Shown here in pieces: positions 20,900 to 28,522 of a stretch of 64,000 nt of DNA. The stretch covers positions 48,157 to 112,156 of the forward strand of contig CANMAI010000013.1 in assembly GCA_947495795.1 (NCBI GenBank). The letters run 5' to 3'. The stretch's first letter is position 1. Each line of letters opens with the position of its first letter. This DNA comes from an uncultured Rhodobacteraceae bacterium (GTDB lineage: Bacteria; Pseudomonadota; Alphaproteobacteria; Rhodobacterales; Rhodobacteraceae). A program made the translations under genes and the position numbers. Under the pieces are notes generated by a model. It had not been told where the DNA came from, ran no database searches, and saw only the letters and a list, made by a program, of their open reading frames with translations.

Positions 20900-21358
20900 T
20901 CAGCGCGGTGTTCCGAAGACCTGAACGGCGTATGTTGTGCGGCCACTGGTGGCGGTGCCCACGCCGATTTCTGTGAGGGTTGTGTGCAGGATGTTGCGGC
21001 GATGGCCTTCTGAAGTGAGCCAGCTTTTCAGGAGGGTGGCTGCGAGATTGGAAGAGCTTTCCCCGCTCTGAAAGGCTATGTTTTCTGCGGCTTGCCTGTA
21101 GCGATAGCCGACGCTTGCAAGGCGACCCGTGAGAGATGTGCCATCGGCGGAATGTGAAAGCCTTCCTGCGCGAAGCAACACTTTGGCGTAGCTTTTCGCC
21201 AGCCTTTCCAGCGTGCCGGATCTTGCAAACGGCCGGAGGTTCTGTTGGTTTCTCGCGGTGTTTGTGAGTGTGAAGATCTCATCCGCGAGTGTTGCCGCTG
21301 CCGCTGGTTGAGGGAGGAGTGCCGCACCTCCCGCTATGAGAAAGATGCGGCGCTGCAA
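20900..21358 (-). CDS. secreted CAP/SCP (PR-1-like) domain protein
   Basis: CAP-domain signature motifs (HSADGTSLTGRL..., GHRRNILHTTLTEIGVG). Predicted TTG start at 21358, 3 nt after the prx stop, giving signal peptide MQRRIFLIAGGAALLPQPAAAA. The track ORF extends to 21499, which would overlap prx by about 130 nt. Confidence 0.55.
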   Translation of the reverse strand: MQRRIFLIAGGAALLPQPAAAATLADEIFTLTNTARNQQNLRPFARSGTLERLAKSYAKVLLRAGRLSHSADGTSLTGRLASVGYRYRQAAENIAFQSGESSSNLAATLLKSWLTSEGHRRNILHTTLTEIGVGTATSGRTTYAVQVFGTPR

Positions 21359-21362
21359 GGGG

Positions 21363-22019
21363 TTAGCCTGGTTGCTTTGTCTTGCGGAGATAGGGGAGGA
21401 CCTTATCGAAGTCGCCAAACTTCTCCTTGGCTTCTTCGTCGGAAACCGCTGCTGTGATAATGACATCATCGCCATCCTGCCAATTGGCGGGGGTGGCAAC
21501 CTTGTGTTCAGCTGTCATCTGTATGCTGTCTATAGCCCGGAGGATCTCATCGAAATTCCGGCCTGTTGTCATGGGATAGGTGAGCGAGAGTTTCACCTTC
21601 TTGTCGGGGCCGATAACGAAGACGGAACGCACCGTCTGGTTGTCTGCCGGCGTGCGGTTGGCGGGATCGCCGGAGGCTTCTGCAGGAAGCATGTCGTAGA
21701 GCTTTGCAACCTTCATATCCGGATCGCCAATCATCGGGTAATCTACTGAATTACCGGAATATTTCTGGATATCGGACTTCCACTTCATATGATCTTCAAC
21801 AGGGTCTACCGAGATGCCGAGGATCTTGGTATTGCGCTTGGTAAACTCGCCTTCCATGCCTGCCATAACACCCAGTTCCGTTGTGCAGACGGGTGTGAAA
21901 TCCTTGGGGTGGGAAAAGAGGACGGCGTAGCCATCGCCGACCCACTCGTGGAAGGAAATTTCGCCTGCTGTGGTGTCGGCTGTGAAGTCTGGTGCGGTGT
22001 CGTTGATGCGCAAGGCCAT
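21363..22019 (-). CDS. peroxiredoxin (1-Cys/Prx6-type)
   Basis: DFTPVCTTE peroxidatic-Cys motif. 218 aa. Confidence 0.85.
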   Translation of the reverse strand: MALRINDTAPDFTADTTAGEISFHEWVGDGYAVLFSHPKDFTPVCTTELGVMAGMEGEFTKRNTKILGISVDPVEDHMKWKSDIQKYSGNSVDYPMIGDPDMKVAKLYDMLPAEASGDPANRTPADNQTVRSVFVIGPDKKVKLSLTYPMTTGRNFDEILRAIDSIQMTAEHKVATPANWQDGDDVIITAAVSDEEAKEKFGDFDKVLPYLRKTKQPG

Positions 22020-22116
22020 GATGGGTCCCCCAAAATATTGTGTTCTCTGTGAGAGTGGTGTGGAGAGACGTAAAACGCAAGGTTTCGGATGATGTGGCCT
22101 GTGCTAAACTTGGCAG

Positions 22117-22707
22117 ATGCCGGGGCGTGTTTTCATAGATGCTGGGTTGGATCTTGGTGGGATTGCGGCTGATCCGAGTGTTCCAGAAGCGCGGGTTGAT
22201 GCAGCACCTGGAGAAGAATTTCTTGTTTTATCAGAGGCTTCGCCTGGTATTTTAACGTTGATGCGCTGGGGTATGGTGATGTCTGGCCGCCGGAATGCGC
22301 GGGGCCGGCCTGTGATGGAGACGATTGTGAATGCGCGATCCGAGACCGTTTTTGAGAAATCCGCTTTTGAAGGCGTGAAGCGGGCGGTTCTGCCCGTTTC
22401 CGGCTGGTATGAATGGACGGGCAAACGTGGGCGCAAGCAACGGTGGCGGATCACAGTGCCCGGTGCGCAAGCCCTTCTTTTTGCAGCGATTTACGATGTC
22501 TGGAAGGGGCCGGGCGGCGTGGAGGTGGCGCAGTTCGCGACGCTGACGGTGGAGCCGAATGACGATGTGCGGGAGATCCACCACCGGATGCTGGCACTGC
22601 TTGGGGCGGATGATGTGCCGCGCTGGCTGAGTGGTGGGGCGGGCGCCGATTTGTTGGTGCCTGCCGAGAATGGATTGGTACAGATCGACGCAGTGAGAGA
22701 GCCCTGA
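22117..22707 (+). CDS. SOS-response-associated peptidase (SRAP/YedK/HMCES family) paralog 1, with Pro in place of catalytic Cys2
   Basis: SRAP motifs RWGMV, NARSETV, RAVLPVSGWYEW and IHHRM are present. N-terminus reads MPGRVFIDAG, so position 2 is Pro (codon ccg) rather than the canonical MCGR Cys. Confidence 0.65.
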   Translation: MPGRVFIDAGLDLGGIAADPSVPEARVDAAPGEEFLVLSEASPGILTLMRWGMVMSGRRNARGRPVMETIVNARSETVFEKSAFEGVKRAVLPVSGWYEWTGKRGRKQRWRITVPGAQALLFAAIYDVWKGPGGVEVAQFATLTVEPNDDVREIHHRMLALLGADDVPRWLSGGAGADLLVPAENGLVQIDAVREP

Positions 22708-22818
22708 AACGGGCGCTGGATTTGGTATGGTTTTGATACCGGTTCGGTAGTGCAACCTGTTCTTAAGACAGGCAGGTGCACACTTCCCCTTTTTCAGCAA
22801 TTTTTTAGGGGAATTTTA

Positions 22819-23148
22819 ATGGTTGCGAAGCGGACAAAGGTTGAGGAGAAGGCGCATTCCGAGCTGCTGGTGGAACTGGCGGAGATGGATTTGTGGATGC
22901 AGCAGTTCCGGCTGAAGGAGGGGTACATTCCGGAAGCCTGGGCGGAGATGGAAGACCGCGCCCCGGTGAATGAACCGAAGACGAAGGTTACGATCTCTTT
23001 GGATACGAAAGTGCTGCGCTGGTTCAAGGCGATGGGGCGGGGCTATCAGGCGCGGGTGAATGCGGTGCTGCGCACGTATATGCTCTCGATCCTCTGCAAG
23101 GAGGTCAAGGGGCAGAAGGATGTCGACTGGAAGGGAGAGCCTCTCTGA
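22819..23148 (+). CDS. BrnA-like / DUF4415-type ribbon-helix-helix protein (orphan antitoxin-like)
   Basis: C-terminal motif KTKVTISLDTKVLRWFKAMGRGYQARVNAVLRTYM matches the BrnA/DUF4415 signature (K..vt.RlD.dvl.wfk..G.GYQtriNavLR). Start taken at the internal Met MVAKRTKVEE. No BrnT-like gene is adjacent. Confidence 0.45.
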   Translation: MVAKRTKVEEKAHSELLVELAEMDLWMQQFRLKEGYIPEAWAEMEDRAPVNEPKTKVTISLDTKVLRWFKAMGRGYQARVNAVLRTYMLSILCKEVKGQKDVDWKGEPL

Positions 23149-23242
23149 CATCGCGCTGTTTTCGGATGCCCGAAAGAACGGTGCGTGAGGCGATAGTGGC
23201 GCAGCGGAAACCCGCGACGCCGGTTCTTGTTACCTTAACGGC

Positions 23243-23452
23243 TCAGTCGTCCAGTGCGAGATTTCCTGCGGACTGGCGGCCATCACGACCGGCTTCGAGG
23301 TCGAATGTGACCTTCTGGTTGTCGTCCAGGCCGGAAAGACCTGCGCGCTCTACAGCAGAGATGTGTACGAACACGTCTTTGCCGCCATCATCGGGCTGGA
23401 TGAAGCCGAAGCCCTTAGTTGCGTTGAACCATTTCACTGTGCCCTTGGCCAT
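23243..23452 (-). CDS. cspA: cold-shock protein
   Basis: [34 protein letters not shown] contains the RNP1 and RNP2 motifs of CspA-family proteins. 69 aa. Confidence 0.9.
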   Translation of the reverse strand: MAKGTVKWFNATKGFGFIQPDDGGKDVFVHISAVERAGLSGLDDNQKVTFDLEAGRDGRQSAGNLALDD

Positions 23453-23918
23453 AGTGAAGTCTCCTCAGTTTTGTGCTGCCCGCATGAGTGCGGCAGCTCG
23501 GCGTAGTCAGCGCAAGATCGAGAACTGAGGCCGAAGACCGGAGACAGTGGGTCGATAGAGGTAACGTAGCAAGCCCCATGTGGGGGTTTTTTGGCTGAAA
23601 AGCAAGATAAATCGGGCAGGAATGTGGTGAGTTGCACGGTTGTTGCGCATACAGGGCAAGGTTTTCCCGCGCGATGAAGCGGCAATTTTTGCTGGTTTTG
23701 GGCAGGTAATTGCGCGGCCGAATTGAGATACGCAGCTTCGTTTCGCGCAGAGGGTCTTTGGTGGGCCCTTTACGTTGAAAGGGTGCTTGTTTGAGCAGCT
23801 TTCTTCACATCGGCATGTGCCGCATTCTTTGCTGTGCGGGGATATCAGGCTGGAGGGAAGGGTTTGGGAAGGAGTATTTTTCCGGCCGTGAGTTGGTATT
23901 GCACGGCCGGATCTGCAG

Positions 23919-24623
23919 TTATTGCTCGTTTGTGGAGAGTTCGCCACTCTCGCCCGCCAGCACAACCTCACCCGTGGGAGAGAGCGCTGTGGTGGGCCAG
24001 CGGGCACCCAGAAGGCGATTGCGGGCGATGCGGGTGACGTTGACCTGATCGGACTGATTGCCGCCAAGAACGTGATAGGCCCCCTGATCTTCGCCGTGGT
24101 AAAAGCCCACATGGCCCTGCCATCCCGATCTGCGATGCCGCCAGAAAACGAGAACGGAGCCACGTTGCGGTGTGCATTCCGTGCCGAATTTGAGCCAGTT
24201 GCGCGCGCCGAGAAGACCGTTGGGCAGCGCCTCACCCGGCAGCATGGAGCCCACGCAATGGCCGACGAAGAGGCCGCACCACGGCACATCATCGCCCGCG
24301 TAATCGATATCGAGATCCTTCGCCATATCCATCAACAGCGGGTTATCACCCGGGCCCGGCGTTTCCTTCGTGCCGATCAGGCGCACGGCTTCCTCGAACC
24401 ACGGCATCGCATCGAAGGACATGGCCTCGCCGGGTGCAGGCTCTCCGAACAGCGCCTTGAAGGTTTGCGGGCCGACGATACCATCGACCAATAATCCGCG
24501 CGCCTCCTGAAACCGTTTGACCGCGTTGATAGTATTGCGTCCGCGGATGCCATCTATCGGGCCGGGGTTGAACCCGTTTTTCTGCAGGCGGATTTGAATG
24601 GATTTCCAGTTTAGAGAACTCAT
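23919..24623 (-). CDS. peptidoglycan-binding domain protein with C-terminal TIGR02594/NlpC-P60-like hydrolase domain (phage-type cell-wall hydrolase)
   Basis: N-terminal PG_binding_1 motif (IDGIRGRNTINAVKRFQEARGLLVDGIVGPQT). C-terminal domain resembles the TIGR02594 family seen in prophage and GTA lysis modules. Confidence 0.6.
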   Translation of the reverse strand: MSSLNWKSIQIRLQKNGFNPGPIDGIRGRNTINAVKRFQEARGLLVDGIVGPQTFKALFGEPAPGEAMSFDAMPWFEEAVRLIGTKETPGPGDNPLLMDMAKDLDIDYAGDDVPWCGLFVGHCVGSMLPGEALPNGLLGARNWLKFGTECTPQRGSVLVFWRHRRSGWQGHVGFYHGEDQGAYHVLGGNQSDQVNVTRIARNRLLGARWPTTALSPTGEVVLAGESGELSTNEQ

Positions 24624-24767
24624 ACTTACCTCCTAATGTAATGGGCGGAGGGTAGCATTGTATTCGTGCTCGCTGAACTTGGGGCTGGGGGCAAGTGTGG
24701 CGAACCTCTCAATTTGAGGCAAAGTGTTGGGGTTGCGGGCAGGTGCCTGATTGCGGAGAGTGCGGCC

Positions 24768-25376
24768 ATGCCCGGACGTTTTGCCCTGACTGCGCCGATT
24801 GGAGAGGTTGCCAAATGGATGGCCTCTGACGGAGCGGCTGTTGAGCGCGAGGGACAGCGATGGAACATAGCACCTTCACAGGAGGTGGTGGTTGCCATGC
24901 CGGGGCGGCGGCTGGAGCGGCTGCGCTGGGGGATGGAGCCGCCCGGGCGGCCGGGGCAGAAAAAGCTGGCCCCCGTGATCAATGCGCGGAGCGAAACGGT
25001 GGCGGAGAAGCCCATGTTTCGCGAGGCCGCACGGATGCGGCGATGCCTTGTGCCCGCGACGGCCTGGTATGAGTGGACACCGGATCGGGATGGCAAACGG
25101 GCGTGGCGTGTGCAGTCTGTTCAGGGGCTGATGGCCTTTGCCGGGATTTATGAGAACGGCTTTTTCGTGACGCTGACTTGTGAGCCCAATGAGCTGATGC
25201 GCAAGTATCACCACCGGATGCCGGTGATCATCTCGCCGGAGAAGTTTGGGCTGTGGCTTGGCGAGGAAGGCAAGGGTGCTGCGCGGCTGATGGTGCCTGC
25301 GCCGGAGGATTTGCTGGTGGTAGGACCCGTTTCGGACCGGATCAACTCCGCCCGGTTCGAAGGCCCCTTGGAGTGA
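24768..25376 (+). CDS. SRAP/YedK-family protein paralog 2, with Pro in place of catalytic Cys2
   Basis: Starts MPGRFALTAPIGEVAKWM (canonical YedK: MCGRFA...). Other motifs conserved: RWGMEPP, NARSETVAEKPMFREA, RRCLVPATAWYEW, YHHRMPVII. Start taken at ATG 24768 inside the track ORF 24666-25376. Confidence 0.75.
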   Translation: MPGRFALTAPIGEVAKWMASDGAAVEREGQRWNIAPSQEVVVAMPGRRLERLRWGMEPPGRPGQKKLAPVINARSETVAEKPMFREAARMRRCLVPATAWYEWTPDRDGKRAWRVQSVQGLMAFAGIYENGFFVTLTCEPNELMRKYHHRMPVIISPEKFGLWLGEEGKGAARLMVPAPEDLLVVGPVSDRINSARFEGPLE

Positions 25377-25440
25377 GATCGGCGGAGGTTCGCGGCTTTG
25401 GATCTCCTCTCTTTTCTCAGCGTTTTGAGCGGGCTATCAT

Positions 25441-26166
25441 GTGCGGATGATAGTGCGATCCTTATGTCTTCTTGTGCTGCTCGCCGGGTGCGAAGTGGTT
25501 CCCGTAACGTCCACAGGCCCGGCGCCTGCGCCGACTGCTGCGGAGGTGACGCGCTCTTCCAAGGCGGCGACCAATTCCTTCCGCCGGAGTGTGCGCCGGA
25601 TTGAGCCGATTGCCGAGCGCAGATGTCGTGCGAAGAACCCTGATTTTCGGGCGCGATCCTGCGATTTCCGGTTTGCGATCAGCAATGACCCGAAGCTGGG
25701 GCGGAACGCGTTCCAATCCATCGGACGGGACGGGCGGCCGCAGGTGACGTTCACGCTGGCGTTGTTGCGGGTGATGCGCAACGACGATGAGGTGGCGTTT
25801 GTGCTGGCGCATGAGGCGGGGCACCAGATCTCGCGGCATCTGCAGAAGGCTTCGGCACAGCAGCAACTGGGTGCGGCACTTCTGGGCGGGTTGCTGGCGG
25901 CCTCGGGTAATGCGAGTGAGCAATCGGTGCGGCAGGCGGCGGGGCTTGGCGCATTTCTCGGTCGGAGGGCCTATTCGAAGAAATTCGAGTTCGAGGCGGA
26001 CCGGCAGGCCGTGTTTATCTCGATGGAGGCGGGCTACGATCCGCTTAAAGGGGCGCAGCCGTTCACGCGGGTGGAAACAGGCACGCGGCAGTTTCTCGGC
26101 ACGCATCCGCCATCGTCGGACAGGCTCCGGCGGATCCAGCGGGCGATCGCTGAAGCGCGCCGTTGA
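25441..26166 (+). CDS. M48-family zinc metalloprotease lipoprotein
   Basis: HEAGH zinc-binding motif. Lipobox LLAGC after the signal peptide MRMIVRSLCLLVLLAGC. Confidence 0.75.
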   Translation: MRMIVRSLCLLVLLAGCEVVPVTSTGPAPAPTAAEVTRSSKAATNSFRRSVRRIEPIAERRCRAKNPDFRARSCDFRFAISNDPKLGRNAFQSIGRDGRPQVTFTLALLRVMRNDDEVAFVLAHEAGHQISRHLQKASAQQQLGAALLGGLLAASGNASEQSVRQAAGLGAFLGRRAYSKKFEFEADRQAVFISMEAGYDPLKGAQPFTRVETGTRQFLGTHPPSSDRLRRIQRAIAEARR

Positions 26167-26201
26167 CGTGCTTTAGGTTTGTCCTGTAGTAGCCTGATAT
26201 A

Positions 26202-26375
26202 TCAGGTATTTTTGACCTTTGAGCGGATCGCGGTGGAGGCGGAGGCCAACGTGCGATCCGTTGTCTCATCCGGTACGGGCACAGTCAGCTTGCGCACACC
26301 GTAAAGGCTGCCAAAGGCAATCGCTGCGGCGAGAACGCCGAGCACGATATCAGACGTGGTGATGAGCTGTTCCAT
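26202..26375 (-). CDS. small single-TM protein (57 aa), not in ORF track
   Basis: My translation: MEQLITTSDIVLGVLAAAIAFGSLYGVRKLTVPVPDETTDRTLASASTAIRSKVKNT*. ATG at 26375 lies 13 nt downstream of the stop of the 26391-26996 gene. Confidence 0.3.
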   Translation of the reverse strand: MEQLITTSDIVLGVLAAAIAFGSLYGVRKLTVPVPDETTDRTLASASTAIRSKVKNT

Positions 26376-26390
26376 GACCCTAATATGCCT

Positions 26391-26903
26391 CTAACGGCCC
26401 TTGTTTTCAAGTTGTGCGAGCAAATCCTCAAAACTTTGCTTACGCTTTGCGATTTTCCGCCCTTCCCGCGCGAGGCGAGAACGACCGTGGATGCTGGTGA
26501 TCGTGCCGACAATGCCCGCGATGGCCAGCAGAATTGCGCCCGGCGCGGCCGCTGCACCGGAAGCAACGGCTCCGTAGAGCAATGCGCCGCCACCGCCGAT
26601 TGTGGCGGCTGTGGAGATGCGGCCAATATAGTAATCGATGGTTGTCATCCGCGTGCTGGCCTGATCCAGACGCTCCTGATCATCGCGGATGAGGGCGCGG
26701 AAGATGTTGGTGACAAGCCGCTGCGCCTCCGGGTTCTGGGAGAAGCTGTGATAGCGATCGACGAATTCGGCCAGGAGCGAGATATCGGAGGCAATCTCGC
26801 CCAGTTCCTCCAGCTTGAGGGAGATACTGGCCTTATCGCCCAGACTGACGGCACGCACATCGTTGAAAAAGCGGGAGGGAAGTGTGGGGGAGACAATCGT
26901 CAT
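26391..26903 (-). CDS. hypothetical protein with C-terminal Gly/Ala-rich hydrophobic hairpin
   Basis: Helical N-terminal region, then TAATIGGGGALLYGAVASGAAAAPGAILLAIAGIVGTITSI (probable 2 TM) and a basic tail. Start uncertain: internal ATG 26903, or the TTG at 26996 used by the track. Confidence 0.4.
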   Translation of the reverse strand: MTIVSPTLPSRFFNDVRAVSLGDKASISLKLEELGEIASDISLLAEFVDRYHSFSQNPEAQRLVTNIFRALIRDDQERLDQASTRMTTIDYYIGRISTAATIGGGGALLYGAVASGAAAAPGAILLAIAGIVGTITSIHGRSRLAREGRKIAKRKQSFEDLLAQLENKGR

Positions 26904-27091
26904 GAAAAGGGGTGTGCTGGGCTTGCTTGTTATTGTTTGCACGACTTTAGGGGAATTGCGGGGAATTGCCAGTGACATGTGTGGCGGCCCGCGCAAAGAC
27001 GTTGGTCGTTATGACAAGGTGGGTTTCCGGCTTGAGGAAGAGGGCAAAGGGCGCGCGTCGGATCAATTGCCGGTGGTGAAGCGGGATGGGG

Positions 27092-27146
27092 TGGTGGGTT
27101 AGCACCCACCCTACAGGCAGCGCGTAGGGTGGGTGTTAACCCACCG
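27092..27146. repeat. REP-like nested hairpins immediately upstream of the RAYT gene
   Basis: cacccaccctac (27104-27115) pairs with gtagggtgggtg (27125-27136) as a perfect 12-bp inverted repeat. Additional ggtgggt/acccacc arms flank it. Confidence 0.6.
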
Positions 27147-27173
27147 TTTACCAAGGCCCGTCACGTTGCGCCC

Positions 27174-27662
27174 ATGTCGAATTACCGTCGCGCCAGGGCT
27201 GCCGGAGCCACCTATTTCTTCACCGTTGCATTGCAGGAGCGTGGCTCCGCGCTTTTGGTGGATCGGATTGACGATCTTCGCGCGGCTTTTTTGAAGGCTA
27301 CCGCGGATGCGCCCGTTCAGGTCGATGCAATGGTGGTTTTGCCTGATCATCTGCATGCTGTGTGGACTTTGCCGCCTGGGGATCGGGATTTCTCGGGCCG
27401 TTGGCAACGTTTGAAGGAGAGTTTCACAAAGTCCACAGGGTTGGAGCGGCCAAGGAGTTATTCAAAACGGGCCAAAGGTGAAAAGGGTGTTTGGCAGCGG
27501 CGGTTTTGGGAGCATCTGGTGCGGGATGAGGCGGATTTCGCGGCGCATGTGGAGTATTGTTGGATCAATCCGGTGAAACATGGGCTGGTGCGCAGTGTGG
27601 CCGATTGGCTGTATTCATCCTTTCAACGGGATGTTCGGAGAGGGATGGTTGCGGCAGATTAG
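27174..27662 (+). CDS. REP-associated tyrosine transposase (RAYT, IS200/IS605 TnpA-like)
   Basis: HuH motif LPDHLHAVW and the conserved Tyr region (WQRRFWEHLVRDEADF) are present. Adjacent REP hairpins. Confidence 0.75.
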   Translation: MSNYRRARAAGATYFFTVALQERGSALLVDRIDDLRAAFLKATADAPVQVDAMVVLPDHLHAVWTLPPGDRDFSGRWQRLKESFTKSTGLERPRSYSKRAKGEKGVWQRRFWEHLVRDEADFAAHVEYCWINPVKHGLVRSVADWLYSSFQRDVRRGMVAAD

Positions 27663-27829
27663 GCCGGACACGCTGAAGACTTTGAGACGATTGGGGAGTG
27701 AGGCAGACGTTTGGAGCAGTGGGTTTCACCCAGCTTACCGATTTACTGCACAGCTTAAGTCCATCCGTCTGGACATTTTTCTCAAAAAGTGTATGCGCAA
27801 TAATGAGTTCGATTTAAGGGAGAGTTACG

Positions 27830-28507
27830 ATGTCATATTACGAAAGAATTGCTAGAGAAGTTAAGAATGCTAAAGACTATTTTCTCAATTGGCCAGCAAA
27901 TGAACCAGTAAAGCTTGGGGACTACGGCTTTTACAATGGTAGAAGGGTGTCATTTGATTGGCAGGGGAATCTCTCGAGCTTCGGTGTGAATCTCGCTCCA
28001 CTTTCTGAAAACCTTCCTATGTCTCAGTCAACACGGAGTGGCGGTTCTGTGGATGTTAAATTTGATTTGCGTAGTTCGACGCCAGCCTCGGCTAGGCTTG
28101 CATTTCGCAAGAAGCATTGCGTTTCGTTTGAATCTCATGGCGGAGTGATTGAAAAGGTTGAAATGGATTTGTTGTTTAAAGCAATTCTGGAACGCATCGG
28201 TATTGGGGAACTCACTTGGAACCCACACTGGGTAGTAGTGACTCAAATCTATAAAGTTGATTCATTTTCCTCGTTTGTCTCGGGTTCGAAAAGTGCGGGT
28301 GCAGAGGTTGTTGCTTCGACGTGCGCACGAACGACACCATTTTCATTGGCAGATCCTTCTGGTGGCCTTAGCATAGGTAATCAATGCCAGATGGCGCACT
28401 GTTCAGTAGCAGAGAGAGGCGCACTACCTTTTTTTGTCATCGGCAAGGTGAAAGGCGAAAAGGACGGGTCCTTGCGAATGGAACGGTACGGCCTGGGCGA
28501 GCGATAG
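27830..28507 (+). CDS. hypothetical protein (225 aa) in a strongly low-GC insert
   Basis: ORF MSYYERIAREVKNAKDYFLNWPANEPVKLGDYGFYNGRRV... with AT-rich codon usage (about 45% GC by eye, against a genome that looks above 60%). No recognisable motif, signal peptide or TM segment. Confidence 0.45.
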   Translation: MSYYERIAREVKNAKDYFLNWPANEPVKLGDYGFYNGRRVSFDWQGNLSSFGVNLAPLSENLPMSQSTRSGGSVDVKFDLRSSTPASARLAFRKKHCVSFESHGGVIEKVEMDLLFKAILERIGIGELTWNPHWVVVTQIYKVDSFSSFVSGSKSAGAEVVASTCARTTPFSLADPSGGLSIGNQCQMAHCSVAERGALPFFVIGKVKGEKDGSLRMERYGLGER

Positions 28508-28522
28508 TTGAGTTGTCTTAAA

